Below, in pieces: positions 52,156-64,000 of a DNA stretch of 64,000 nucleotides. The translations under genes and the position numbers were made by a program. Source of the stretch: Dehalococcoidia bacterium (lineage in GTDB: Bacteria; Chloroflexota; Dehalococcoidia; Lucifugimonadales; UBA1123); assembly GCA_963665255.1 (NCBI GenBank), contig OY762210.1, positions 715,760 to 779,759 of the forward strand, read 5' to 3'. The notes beneath the pieces are model-generated. The model saw only the letters and a list, made by a program, of their open reading frames with translations, searched no databases and was not told where the DNA came from. Position 1 is the first letter of the stretch, and each line of letters starts with the position of its first letter.

Positions 52156-52578
52156 CTACTCCTGCGCGAGTTCGCAGTTGACCTGCCAGTTGATGCCGAA
52201 CTTGTCGGTGCAGGCGCCGAAGTAGGAGCCCCAGAACATCTTCTGCATCGCCATGGATACGGAGCCGCCGTCTGACAGCTTGCCGAACAGGTCGTCGGAC
52301 TCTTCACGCGTGGTCGTGCTGACGCTGATCGAGAAGTTGTTGCCCTGCTTGTGGTTAGCTCCGAAAGTCGAGGGCACGTCGCTGCCCATTAGGACGCTAG
52401 ACCCGATTGGTAGGGATACGTGCATGATGTTTTCGAGTTCGGCCTCTGGCATTGGAAAGTCGGGCGGCCCGTTGCGGAACGTCTCCATGACCATGAACTC
52501 GCCGCCGAATACGGAGCGGTAGTACTCGAATGCCTCGCGGCAGTTGCCTTTGAAGGACAAGTAAGTGCTGAGTGTCAT
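52156..52578 (-). CDS. VOC-superfamily protein (PhnB/YjdN-like)
   Basis: Start at MTLSTYLSFKGNCREAFEYYRSVFGGEF. ...MFWGSYFGACTDKFGINWQV is typical of the PhnB-like glyoxalase-fold family. Confidence 0.7.
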   Translation of the reverse strand: MTLSTYLSFKGNCREAFEYYRSVFGGEFMVMETFRNGPPDFPMPEAELENIMHVSLPIGSSVLMGSDVPSTFGANHKQGNNFSISVSTTTREESDDLFGKLSDGGSVSMAMQKMFWGSYFGACTDKFGINWQVNCELAQE

Positions 52579-52787
52579 TGTTCTCCCTTTGCTGTGTGAT
52601 TTTGCTTGTAGCGTCAAATTGAGAAGGCCTGCACCGTCCCCATCGTCAATCGTAGTCCCGATTCTGACGGGCAGGCTATGGGATTATGGGTTTTCAAAGG
52701 CAGAAAGTCTCCAGGAAGAGTTGCGCGAGCAGTGCCTGCCCCTGTGCTATAGTCAGGCCAGTCCGAGTAGTGTCAGGAGGTTCGATC

Positions 52788-54062
52788 ATGGTAGATAGCC
52801 GGCTCGCAATAGATGGTGGGACACCTGTTGTCTCGGAACCCCTGCCCGATGGTGTTTCCGGGCCAAGCGTCATCGGCGACGAGGAGATAGCGGCGGTCAG
52901 TGACGTCCTAAGAAGCCAGGAGCTGTTTCGCTATCCCAAGGAGCAGAGCGAGGCGGCGAAGTTCGAGGAAGAGGTGGCGGAGTACCTGGGCGTCGAGTAC
53001 GCGCTGATGGTGAACTCCGGTACCAGTGCGCTTACAAGTGCGCTGATGGGCGTGGGTGTCGGGCCGGGCGACGAGGTCATCGTTCCGGGATACACCTACA
53101 TCGCCACAGCCGCGGCAGTGATGGCAGCCGGCGCCGTGCCCGTTATCGCGGAGGTTGACGAGTCGCTGGGACTGGACCCGCAGGACATCGAGCAGAAGAT
53201 CACTCCATATACCAAGGCGGTTGTACCTGTTCACATGCGGGGCGTTCCTGCTCGCATAGACGACATCATGGCGGTTGCCCGCAAGCATGGGCTCAAGGTC
53301 GTCGAGGACTGCTGCCAGTGTGTCGGCGGGGCCTACATGGGTCGCAGCGTGGGCACATACGGTGATGTTGGCGCGTGGAGCCTGAACTACTACAAGACGA
53401 TCTCCTCGGGCGAGGGTGGGCTCGTGTTCACGAATGACCGCGACATCTACGAGCGGGCGTGTTTTGCTTCGGACCCAGGTCTGCCCATGTGGACGGCCAA
53501 CGAAGAAGACGTAGAGTGGCAAAACGAGCCTTTCCCGAGACATACGTATCGCCCAAGCGAGGTGCTGGCAGCGGTAGCTCGGGTGCAGCTATCCAAGATG
53601 GATGACATCCTGGAGCATCAGAGATCGCTCAAACGAGCATTCCTGGAAGGGCTGGAGGAGGCGAGGGGATATCGTCTTCAGCATGTGGACGATCCCGCTG
53701 GCGACACGGGAGTTTCAGCGTCGGTCATCGTGCATGACAAGGAGCTGGCGGTCGGCTACTCGCACGCACTGAACGCCGAGGGTGTGAATGCCGCCACTGT
53801 CTATAACGACGGTTTCCCGGACAGGCATATCTATACCTACTGGGACTCGATTCTTGAGAAGCGGTCACACCATCCCACGGGGTACCCCTGGGGCGATCCC
53901 AACTACAAGGGCAACGTCGAGTACTCGAAGGACATGTGCCCTCAGACGCTGGATGTCCTGGGGCGGAGCATCCGGTTCGACTTCAACATGAACATGACGG
54001 TCGAGCACGCGCGACTGATGGCAGAGGCGCTGAACAAGGTGGACGCGGCGGTGGGGGGCTAG
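52788..54062 (+). CDS. DegT/DnrJ/EryC1/StrS-family PLP aminotransferase
   Basis: ATG after AGGAGG. VVPVHMRGVPARIDDIMAVARKHGLKVVEDCCQCVGG...GAWSLNYYKTISSGEGGLVF (PLP-Lys region). Confidence 0.8.
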   Translation: MVDSRLAIDGGTPVVSEPLPDGVSGPSVIGDEEIAAVSDVLRSQELFRYPKEQSEAAKFEEEVAEYLGVEYALMVNSGTSALTSALMGVGVGPGDEVIVPGYTYIATAAAVMAAGAVPVIAEVDESLGLDPQDIEQKITPYTKAVVPVHMRGVPARIDDIMAVARKHGLKVVEDCCQCVGGAYMGRSVGTYGDVGAWSLNYYKTISSGEGGLVFTNDRDIYERACFASDPGLPMWTANEEDVEWQNEPFPRHTYRPSEVLAAVARVQLSKMDDILEHQRSLKRAFLEGLEEARGYRLQHVDDPAGDTGVSASVIVHDKELAVGYSHALNAEGVNAATVYNDGFPDRHIYTYWDSILEKRSHHPTGYPWGDPNYKGNVEYSKDMCPQTLDVLGRSIRFDFNMNMTVEHARLMAEALNKVDAAVGG

Positions 54063-54205
54063 TAGGGGAGTCTTGTTGCCAGGACTGTTCCCATAACTGG
54101 CCTGTACCAAAGCCTCTGGACTCCGGCCTCCGCCGGAGTGACGGTAGCCAAGTCAGTATAGGAGTAAGGGCGACCACAAGGGTCGCCCTTACGTTTTCTA
54201 GAGCA

Positions 54206-55843
54206 TTACCTGTACTGGTCGATTCCTACGGTGGTGATGCCTTCGCCTGTTGGCATTACGAGGGTCTTGGCTCGGTCTGCGCCGACGACTACGATGTGCC
54301 AGCGGTCGACGCTCTCAAGCAGTGGCACGGTGATGTCGAGTCGCTCCTGCTCGGTCAGACCTTCCAGCCAGCTCCACTGCTTGCCGACACGGGCGTCGTC
54401 TATGGGCATGTACTGGATAAGCTTGCCCAGGCTGTGGTTGGCGTGGTAGTGGATGAACTGCTTAGCCTCTAGCTTCGAGAAACCCTCTCCGCCCACGGGT
54501 CGCGCGACGTCAGGGGGCATGAATATCAGTCGCTCAGACCCGTTGGCCGAGCCGAGTCCCATCGTGCCGAACGTGCTGCCGTAGGCAAGGTTCTTCAACA
54601 GAGCTTCGGCAGACGTGTTGCCCTGGTCCTGGACGTCCAGCTCGCCGTCGGTGATGAACACGCTTACTGTGCTGTCTTCAGCGCTGTATCCCTGGTCAAC
54701 GTGGAGCGGCTGCCACGGGCTCATCTCCTCGTTCTCTGCAATGCAGTGTACGAACTTGCGAGTGGTGCCGATGGTGTCCATGTCCATCTGGCCTGGGTAC
54801 CAGTAGCCCAGGTTTCGCAGGCACAGTGAGAAGGCGCGGCCGATGGTGATGTTCACCTCGTTGTCGCGGCCGGGTCCGAGTGCTGAGCGTGGGTTGATGC
54901 CCAGCTCCTTCGCGATCGGGCCGTTGATCACGAGCATGGGCGCGTGGGGGCTGGTGGACATCAGCAGTGACTTTCCTCCGTGCGAGCCGACCTCGGAGAG
55001 CGCCTTGACGGCGGCTATGATGACGGGCACCTGCTCAGGCTTTGCCCCTGCCATCGCCGCGTTGATGGCGATCTTCTCGACTGTGGCCAGTCCGAAGCCG
55101 GGCGGCATGTCGCAGACCAGATCGTCCCTGTCGAGACCGGTGCCGTTAACTAGTTCGGCTACGGCTTCAGGAGTCGGCGGATGCAGTACGAGGGAGTCTC
55201 CCCAGTCGCGCATGAGCCACTGCTCGTTCATCTTGAGGATAGCGTCCCACCTGTCCTCGCCCTCGAATCGCTCGATGGCCGTGGTGGTGTCGCGCTCCCT
55301 GCGCGCATGACCCTGGTTGACTGTGAGCACCTCGACAATCTCGTCTATCACGGCCTCAGTCTGGCTGATGCACAGGTCCGGGGCCAGGTTCCGGTAGATG
55401 CGGGGGACTATGACGAACTGCAGGTCCGGCATCGCGAATGCGCGGGAGCTTGCGATGGCGTCCTCTTCAAAGCGTCCGGATACGATCGGGATGGCAGGCT
55501 TGCCCGTCTTCTCGATCTCAATCATGTCGTGGACCATCCACGACGCGCACGTCCCTCAATCAGCTGTGGCGCCGATGACGACGTCGCACTCCCTTGCTGC
55601 CTGCTGGACTATCGGGGGCGGCGTCGGGTAGTTGCCGCCGGTGTAGAAGTTGACGGTTACGTTGTCGAACCGCTCCTGGATCATCTCTCCGGCACGGTTC
55701 AGGGCGAGGTCGCCGCCGTGGGTGCCGCTCCAGATTAGCCCGACGATCTTGTTGTCGAGCGAGTCCGGTCTGGGACTGATCTTGAGCGAGTTCATCAGCC
55801 CTCGCTGCTGGCCGATGGGATTGAGCACTTCAAGAAGATGCAT
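54206..55843 (-). CDS. candidate UGSC-family selenoprotein fused to a ~350-aa uncharacterised domain (in-frame TGA at 55556-55558)
   Basis: Track ORFs 55556-55843 and 54206-55537 are in the same frame, separated only by TGA. The junction reads VVIGATAD-U-GTCASWMVHDMIEIEKTGKPAIPIV, matching the U/C-G-S/T-C motif of the UGSC family (from memory). A hairpin lies 11 nt after the TGA. Confidence 0.6.
55526..55544 (-). promoter_or_regulatory. SECIS-like hairpin candidate
   Basis: mRNA GUCGUGG-AUGGU-CCACGAC (7-8 bp stem, G/U-containing apical loop) starting 11 nt 3' of the UGA. Confidence 0.4.
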
Positions 55844-55904
55844 TGATCAGAACCTCCTGTTGAACTGTTGCTGGTGGTTGGTGGCTGCCGTCCCTCGACA
55901 AGCT

Positions 55905-55930
55905 TCCTTCGACAAGCTCAGGACGAACGG
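55905..55930 (-). repeat. REP-like family A unit (inverted)
   Basis: TCCTTCGACAAGCTCAGGACGAACGG is the exact reverse complement of 51655-51680. It is preceded by a partial duplicate CCCTCGACAAGCT and is intergenic. Confidence 0.7.
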
Positions 55931-55947
55931 ACGTGGTGGCGAGAGGA

Positions 55948-56787
55948 TTATATCCCGCGCCAGTAGCGCTTGCCCTCGAGTCGGGCGAAGCGGCCGATGT
56001 GGCGGTCTGGGTGGAAGTGACCGGCGGCCACGACCATGTCTTCGCGTTCGGCGCGGTCCATGAAGGCCTTCCTGGAGCGGCGCGTGTCGTCCGGGTTGGT
56101 GTCCACGAAGGCACACCAGTCGGGCTCATGGATCTGCACCGGGTTGTGGATCAGATCGCCGATGATGGCGGCCCTCTCCCCGTTTGAGCTTATGAGAATC
56201 ACCTGGTGGCCGGGAGTGTGGCCCGGCGTCTCCAGGGTGGTTATCTCGTCGGTCACGTTGTGGCCGTCGTCGATGAACTCGATCAGTCCGAGCTCGTCCA
56301 GCGGGATGACGTTCTGGGTTATGTGGCCAGCAGTCGGCAGCACTTCAGGCTGCATGAAGTGCTCCCAGTCCTTGCGAGGGCCGAGGTAGCGGGCGTTGGG
56401 GAAGTACGGCCTGGCTGCGTCACCTGAGCTGTCTACGTTCCACCCGACGTGGTCGGGATGCAGGTGAGTGTGAATGACGATGTCGATCTCTTCAGCCCCG
56501 GCGCCGGCATCACTGAGCGCGCCAAGCAGGTTCCCAGTGCGGTTCTCCAGGTGCGCGTGCGGGCCTGGGCCCATGCCGGTGTCGACGAGTATGGTCTGGC
56601 CTCCCGACCTGACGAAGAAGCTGCCGTAGTAGAGCTGCAGCAACCCGTTTTCCAACACCTCGTCTTCGTAGGGAACCCATGCCTCGCGTGGCTGGTCCGT
56701 GATGAAGACGGTGGGGTCGCGTGGCGGCGGCACCATGTCCAGCACCGCGACTATCTCGACGTTTCCGACTCGGATCATGTCAGTCAT
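55948..56787 (-). CDS. MBL-fold metallo-hydrolase
   Basis: 279 aa. IVIHTHLHPDHVGWN (HxHxDH), downstream TPGHTPGH. Confidence 0.8.
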   Translation of the reverse strand: MTDMIRVGNVEIVAVLDMVPPPRDPTVFITDQPREAWVPYEDEVLENGLLQLYYGSFFVRSGGQTILVDTGMGPGPHAHLENRTGNLLGALSDAGAGAEEIDIVIHTHLHPDHVGWNVDSSGDAARPYFPNARYLGPRKDWEHFMQPEVLPTAGHITQNVIPLDELGLIEFIDDGHNVTDEITTLETPGHTPGHQVILISSNGERAAIIGDLIHNPVQIHEPDWCAFVDTNPDDTRRSRKAFMDRAEREDMVVAAGHFHPDRHIGRFARLEGKRYWRGI

Positions 56788-56852
56788 ATGTCATCCATCC
56801 TTGCGTTACGTTGTGGAGATATGAGAAGAGGCTCACGGGCCGTCTTGGGAAG

Positions 56853-57524
56853 CTACTCTCCAAGCTCGAATGTCTTGCGCCACACTCCGGGCGATTCCGG
56901 GAGGTGAATCATCGCCTCCCTCATCCGAGCGTTGTCGGGATGTGCGGTCTGCTGGGTTAGCCATTCCTGGCCCTTGGAGACCTCTGTGTGGTCGAACTCG
57001 TACATCGTCATGTACGCCGGCGTGCCAGTGACGGCCGTGTAGCGGCGTCCTCGCCTCACACCCGGTACGGTCTCGTAGTTCGGGACGTAGACGGTGTCGT
57101 ACCAGTTGTTCCACTCATCTTCGGTTTCTGCGGGGATGCCCATCCTGCCGATCTGAAGCGCTGGAGCCATGGGGCTGGAGGCGATTTCGTCGGTCAGCCC
57201 CGACGGGTGAATCATCTCGTACACGTTGCGGACGTAGGTGGTGGCCGTAAACTCGGGTGACATCCGCTTGGACCACTCTGTCGGGTTGGACCTCACCCTG
57301 ATGTACTCATCGGACTCCATCACGGCTGAGTTCTCGAGCTCGTAGACGGCGAGGTGCTTCGGCCCGCTCACTACGGCCTCGTAGCGCGCCGCGCTGAGAA
57401 TTCCCGGTATCGACAGTCGTTCCTCGATGTGCTCGTCGTTGTACCAGCGGTTGAACTCGTCCTCAACTTCGTCCGGCACCTCGCACCACACCATGAGCAG
57501 ACCAGTGCCCTTCTTCTTCGCCAT
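56853..57524 (-). CDS. hypothetical protein, tandem ~100-aa repeats (dimeric alpha/beta-barrel/EthD-like guess)
   Basis: Start MAKKKG after AAGGAG. Repeated EDEFNRWYNDEHI... / EDEWNNWYDTVYV... modules. Confidence 0.45.
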   Translation of the reverse strand: MAKKKGTGLLMVWCEVPDEVEDEFNRWYNDEHIEERLSIPGILSAARYEAVVSGPKHLAVYELENSAVMESDEYIRVRSNPTEWSKRMSPEFTATTYVRNVYEMIHPSGLTDEIASSPMAPALQIGRMGIPAETEDEWNNWYDTVYVPNYETVPGVRRGRRYTAVTGTPAYMTMYEFDHTEVSKGQEWLTQQTAHPDNARMREAMIHLPESPGVWRKTFELGE

Positions 57525-57730
57525 TGTGCTCTCCTTAGACTTCGATGGAACGTCGCTTCGGGGGGTGGCCATTCTGGAACGGAGGCCAGCTTTGGGCGGA
57601 TTGTATCACGCTTGCCCATGTGGTCGACTCGTCGGTATCAGAAGCTGCATGAGTCCCTCAAACACAACGCGCCAGCGACCTTGGGGGCCGCTGGCGCACT
57701 TAAACTCTATTGCCCGAGTGGGCTACTGCG

Positions 57731-59509
57731 TCAGCCTGAGAACTTGACGTGCCGGAGTTTCGGGATGGTCATCGGAGTGAGGCGGTAGTCTTCGATGTGG
57801 CCCTTTATCAGCACGTACTGCTCGCCCGTATACCACAGGGGCAGCAGTGGGGCGTCCTGCACGATGAGGTCCTCGGCCTGGTGATATAGCTCAACCCGCC
57901 GTTCGACGTCCGGTTCGGTGCGAGCCTGCTCCAGAATCGCGTCTAAGTCGGGATTCGAGTAGGAGGTGTGGTTCTGCTTGCTGTCGGTGTGGAACAGGAT
58001 GTCCAGAAAATCTTGGGGGTCGGGATAGTCGGCCTGCCATCCACTTCCACCGAATGCCTGGAACTTGTTCGCATTGAGGTCCTGGAGGTACGTGGCCCAC
58101 TCCACCTGCTGGATCTCGACCTCTACTTCGAGCTCCTGTCGCCACATCTCGATTACGACTTCCATATCCAGTCCGATAGATCCGCCGGTGCCGGGCACGG
58201 TAACGACGATTCTTGGCCTCGTCTCTGCGTCAGCGTACTTCGACTCGCTCAGGAGCTGCCTCGCGAGATCGGGGTCGAACTGCAGCCCCTCAAGGTCTGC
58301 GTTGTAACCGGGGAATCCGGGCGGGAGTACGCCGTACGCTGGTGTAACCAGTGTCGAGAGTACCTCGTTGGCGATGAGGTCCTTGTCGACGGCATGGGTA
58401 AGTGCCTGTCTGAACTTCGGGTCGTCAAAGGGCGGCTCTGAGGCGTTGAAGCCGATGTAGAACGTGGTGAAGCTCGGTGGGGCTATCACGAGTTCCTTGT
58501 TCAGCGGTTCAGTGGGGTCCAGCACCCGATCGAGTTCGAACAGTCCTACTCCGGTTATGTCGATCTCGTCGTTCTCATACATCGCCATGGACTGGCCGCC
58601 GGCAAGGTTCATGATGACGGAGTCCAGGTGCGGAGGTTCGAGGTAGAAGTTCTCGTTTCGCTCCAGCACGATCACCTCACCCACGGTGTACTCGGCCAGC
58701 CTGAACGGGCCGGAGCCGTTGGGAGAGTCGGTCCAGCTGTTGCCGCCAGCCTCTACGTTTTCCCTGTCGAGGACGTAGGCGGTGGGGTAGGTCATCTTTG
58801 CAAGGAAGTATGCCTTGGGGGCGTCGATTTCGATCTGCAGCGTGCGGTCGTCAATGACACGTACTCCAGCGATGTCGGTAGTCCTGCCTTCGAGTACGTC
58901 GTCGACACCTACGATGTCGCTCAGATATGTATCCGCAACAGGGGAGGCAGTGTCAGGACTTGCTGCACGCTCAAGTGACCACTTGAAGTCGCTTGCGGTA
59001 ATTGGCTTGCCATCATGGAATCTTGCGTTGTCCCTGATGTAGAAGGTGTAGGTCTTGCCGTCCTGGCTGATCTCCCACCTGTCGGCGACGTCAGGCACGA
59101 GCTGGAGGTCGGTGTTCAGCGCCACCAGGCCGCTGAAGATCTCGACCACTACGCCGGCCGAGGTGGTGTCTCCAGATAGGTGGGGGTCGAGCGTTGGGGG
59201 GTCGGACCACAGTCTGCGCAGTACGCCTCCCGTGCGCTCTTCCATTTCCTGCTGTTCCTCGACCCTGGCAGTGGCAGGGACCTGTGCAGGCGCCGGCTGC
59301 TGGCTTCCTGTTGCCGCAGGGGAGGGCGTTGCCTCTGCTTGCTGCTGGGATGCCGCGGCAGATTGCGACGTATCGGTGGCCGGCGCTTCGGTCGGCGACA
59401 CGGCCGCCGTGTCAGGGGCTACGTCGCTGCTCTCATCCTCTCCGCATGCAACGGCAGCAACTGAGACCAGTGAGATCAACGCAATCAGCAGTAGTACGAT
59501 TCTTGTCAT
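57731..59509 (-). CDS. ABC transporter substrate-binding lipoprotein (peptide/nickel family 5)
   Basis: 592 aa. Lipobox VAAVAC. Family-5 SBP-like core (...DPHLSGDTTS..., ...RWEISQDGKTYTFYIRDNARFHDGKPITA...). Confidence 0.85.
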   Translation of the reverse strand: MTRIVLLLIALISLVSVAAVACGEDESSDVAPDTAAVSPTEAPATDTSQSAAASQQQAEATPSPAATGSQQPAPAQVPATARVEEQQEMEERTGGVLRRLWSDPPTLDPHLSGDTTSAGVVVEIFSGLVALNTDLQLVPDVADRWEISQDGKTYTFYIRDNARFHDGKPITASDFKWSLERAASPDTASPVADTYLSDIVGVDDVLEGRTTDIAGVRVIDDRTLQIEIDAPKAYFLAKMTYPTAYVLDRENVEAGGNSWTDSPNGSGPFRLAEYTVGEVIVLERNENFYLEPPHLDSVIMNLAGGQSMAMYENDEIDITGVGLFELDRVLDPTEPLNKELVIAPPSFTTFYIGFNASEPPFDDPKFRQALTHAVDKDLIANEVLSTLVTPAYGVLPPGFPGYNADLEGLQFDPDLARQLLSESKYADAETRPRIVVTVPGTGGSIGLDMEVVIEMWRQELEVEVEIQQVEWATYLQDLNANKFQAFGGSGWQADYPDPQDFLDILFHTDSKQNHTSYSNPDLDAILEQARTEPDVERRVELYHQAEDLIVQDAPLLPLWYTGEQYVLIKGHIEDYRLTPMTIPKLRHVKFSG

Positions 59510-59884
59510 AGCAAATCCCTCTGCATGTTCTGGGAAGCTTCGGAATGTCCCGAAGCTGGAACTTCAACAGCTATACATCGTTCCGGGCTCACCTCGTGCG
59601 CGCATATCTCAGGGCGCCCTTCACGTCCGTTGAATTCGCCGGCGTTTGGACTGTTCGTAAGGTACAACGCAATGCTTCCCAGTAAAGTTATCAAGGCATT
59701 TACAGACTATATGAGTAAGCGGTTGGGTTTCCAATGGGACAGACGACACGAAATCGTCGAATTACACCTGATCTGTTTCTATCAGTCGACAGTTACTCAA
59801 GAAGTGGCGTCAGGGCGGCGCACTGCTGCGGACTAGGGGTGCTGAGCGCAAGGGATGGAAACAACGCAACAGGGAAGGAGAGGG

Positions 59885-59961
59885 TGGTGGGCGGTACTGG
59901 ATTTGAACCAGTGACCTCTGCGATGTCAACGCAGCGCTCTAGGCCTCTGAGCTAACCGCCC
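59885..59961 (-). tRNA. tRNA-Val (GAC)
   Basis: Acceptor GGGCGGU/ACCGCCC, D stem GCUC/GAGC, anticodon stem CUGCG/CGCAG with loop UUGACAU, T stem ACUGG/CCAGU with loop UUCAAAU, discriminator A, encoded CCA. Confidence 0.9.
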
Positions 59962-60039
59962 GGGGGTGCTTCGGCAGGTCTCAAGTCTAGCAAGCGTACT
60001 AAACACGGTCAAGAAACTGCGGGTCTTAAGAATCGAGTA

Positions 60040-60070
60040 GGGGGCGGACTCGTTTTGAGAGTCCGCCCCC
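60040..60070 (-). terminator. rho-independent-type terminator after rpoC
   Basis: GGGGGCGGACTC-gttttga-GAGTCCGCCCCC, 46 nt downstream of the rpoC stop. Confidence 0.6.
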
Positions 60071-60115
60071 TGGCTATTCGATCGATTGGGCCCTGGTCAG
60101 CCCCGCTGTCCTGGG

Positions 60116-64000
<3,885 letters not shown>

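Overview
High-GC (about 58-67% by eye) bacterial chromosomal window in three parts. No searches or HMMs could be run, so all family names come from motifs read by eye and from memory. Refined starts were counted from the ORF track. Hairpin and repeat coordinates may be off by 1-2 nt.
(1) 1-14.4 kb is an accessory island. It holds a minus-strand operon of ECF-like sigma factor, XRE-like protein, ImmA/IrrE peptidase, NurA-like protein and HerA-like ATPase (the last runs off the window). It also holds two abutting truncated IS fragments, an orphan MrfA/YprA-like DExH helicase with a C-terminal 4-Cys (DUF1998-like) module, a 1458-aa Calx-beta/cadherin-like surface protein with three identical 309-bp repeats, and a lower-GC patch with a CoiA-like nuclease-fold gene.
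(2) About 14.4-50.7 kb is an integrative conjugative element (ICE) next to tRNA-Asn(GUU).
- Transfer: a monoderm-type T4SS (VirB6-like, two VirB2-like proteins, PrgI-like, VirB4, coupling protein, tandem Replic_Relax protein).
- Replication/recombination: primase, Rad52-like annealase, Cas4-like PD-(D/E)xK nuclease, SSB, RadC, TSCPD.
- Also an SNF2 helicase plus N6-adenine methyltransferase pair.
- A PRTRC-type ubiquitin-like cassette (Ubl, E2-like, JAB, E1/ThiF).
- An XRE/ImmA-like switch and a large serine recombinase whose 3' end reads antisense through the tRNA.
(3) 50.7-64 kb is housekeeping/metabolic DNA: VOC protein, DegT-type aminotransferase, MBL hydrolase, ABC substrate-binding lipoprotein, tRNA-Val(GAC) and most of rpoC. 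It includes a candidate UGSC-family selenoprotein with an in-frame TGA followed by a hairpin.
No CRISPR array, rRNA or phage structural genes were seen. The most interesting items are the ICE-borne ubiquitin-like cassette, the HerA/NurA-like/ImmA/sigma operon, the candidate selenoprotein fusion, and the recombinase/tRNA overlap.
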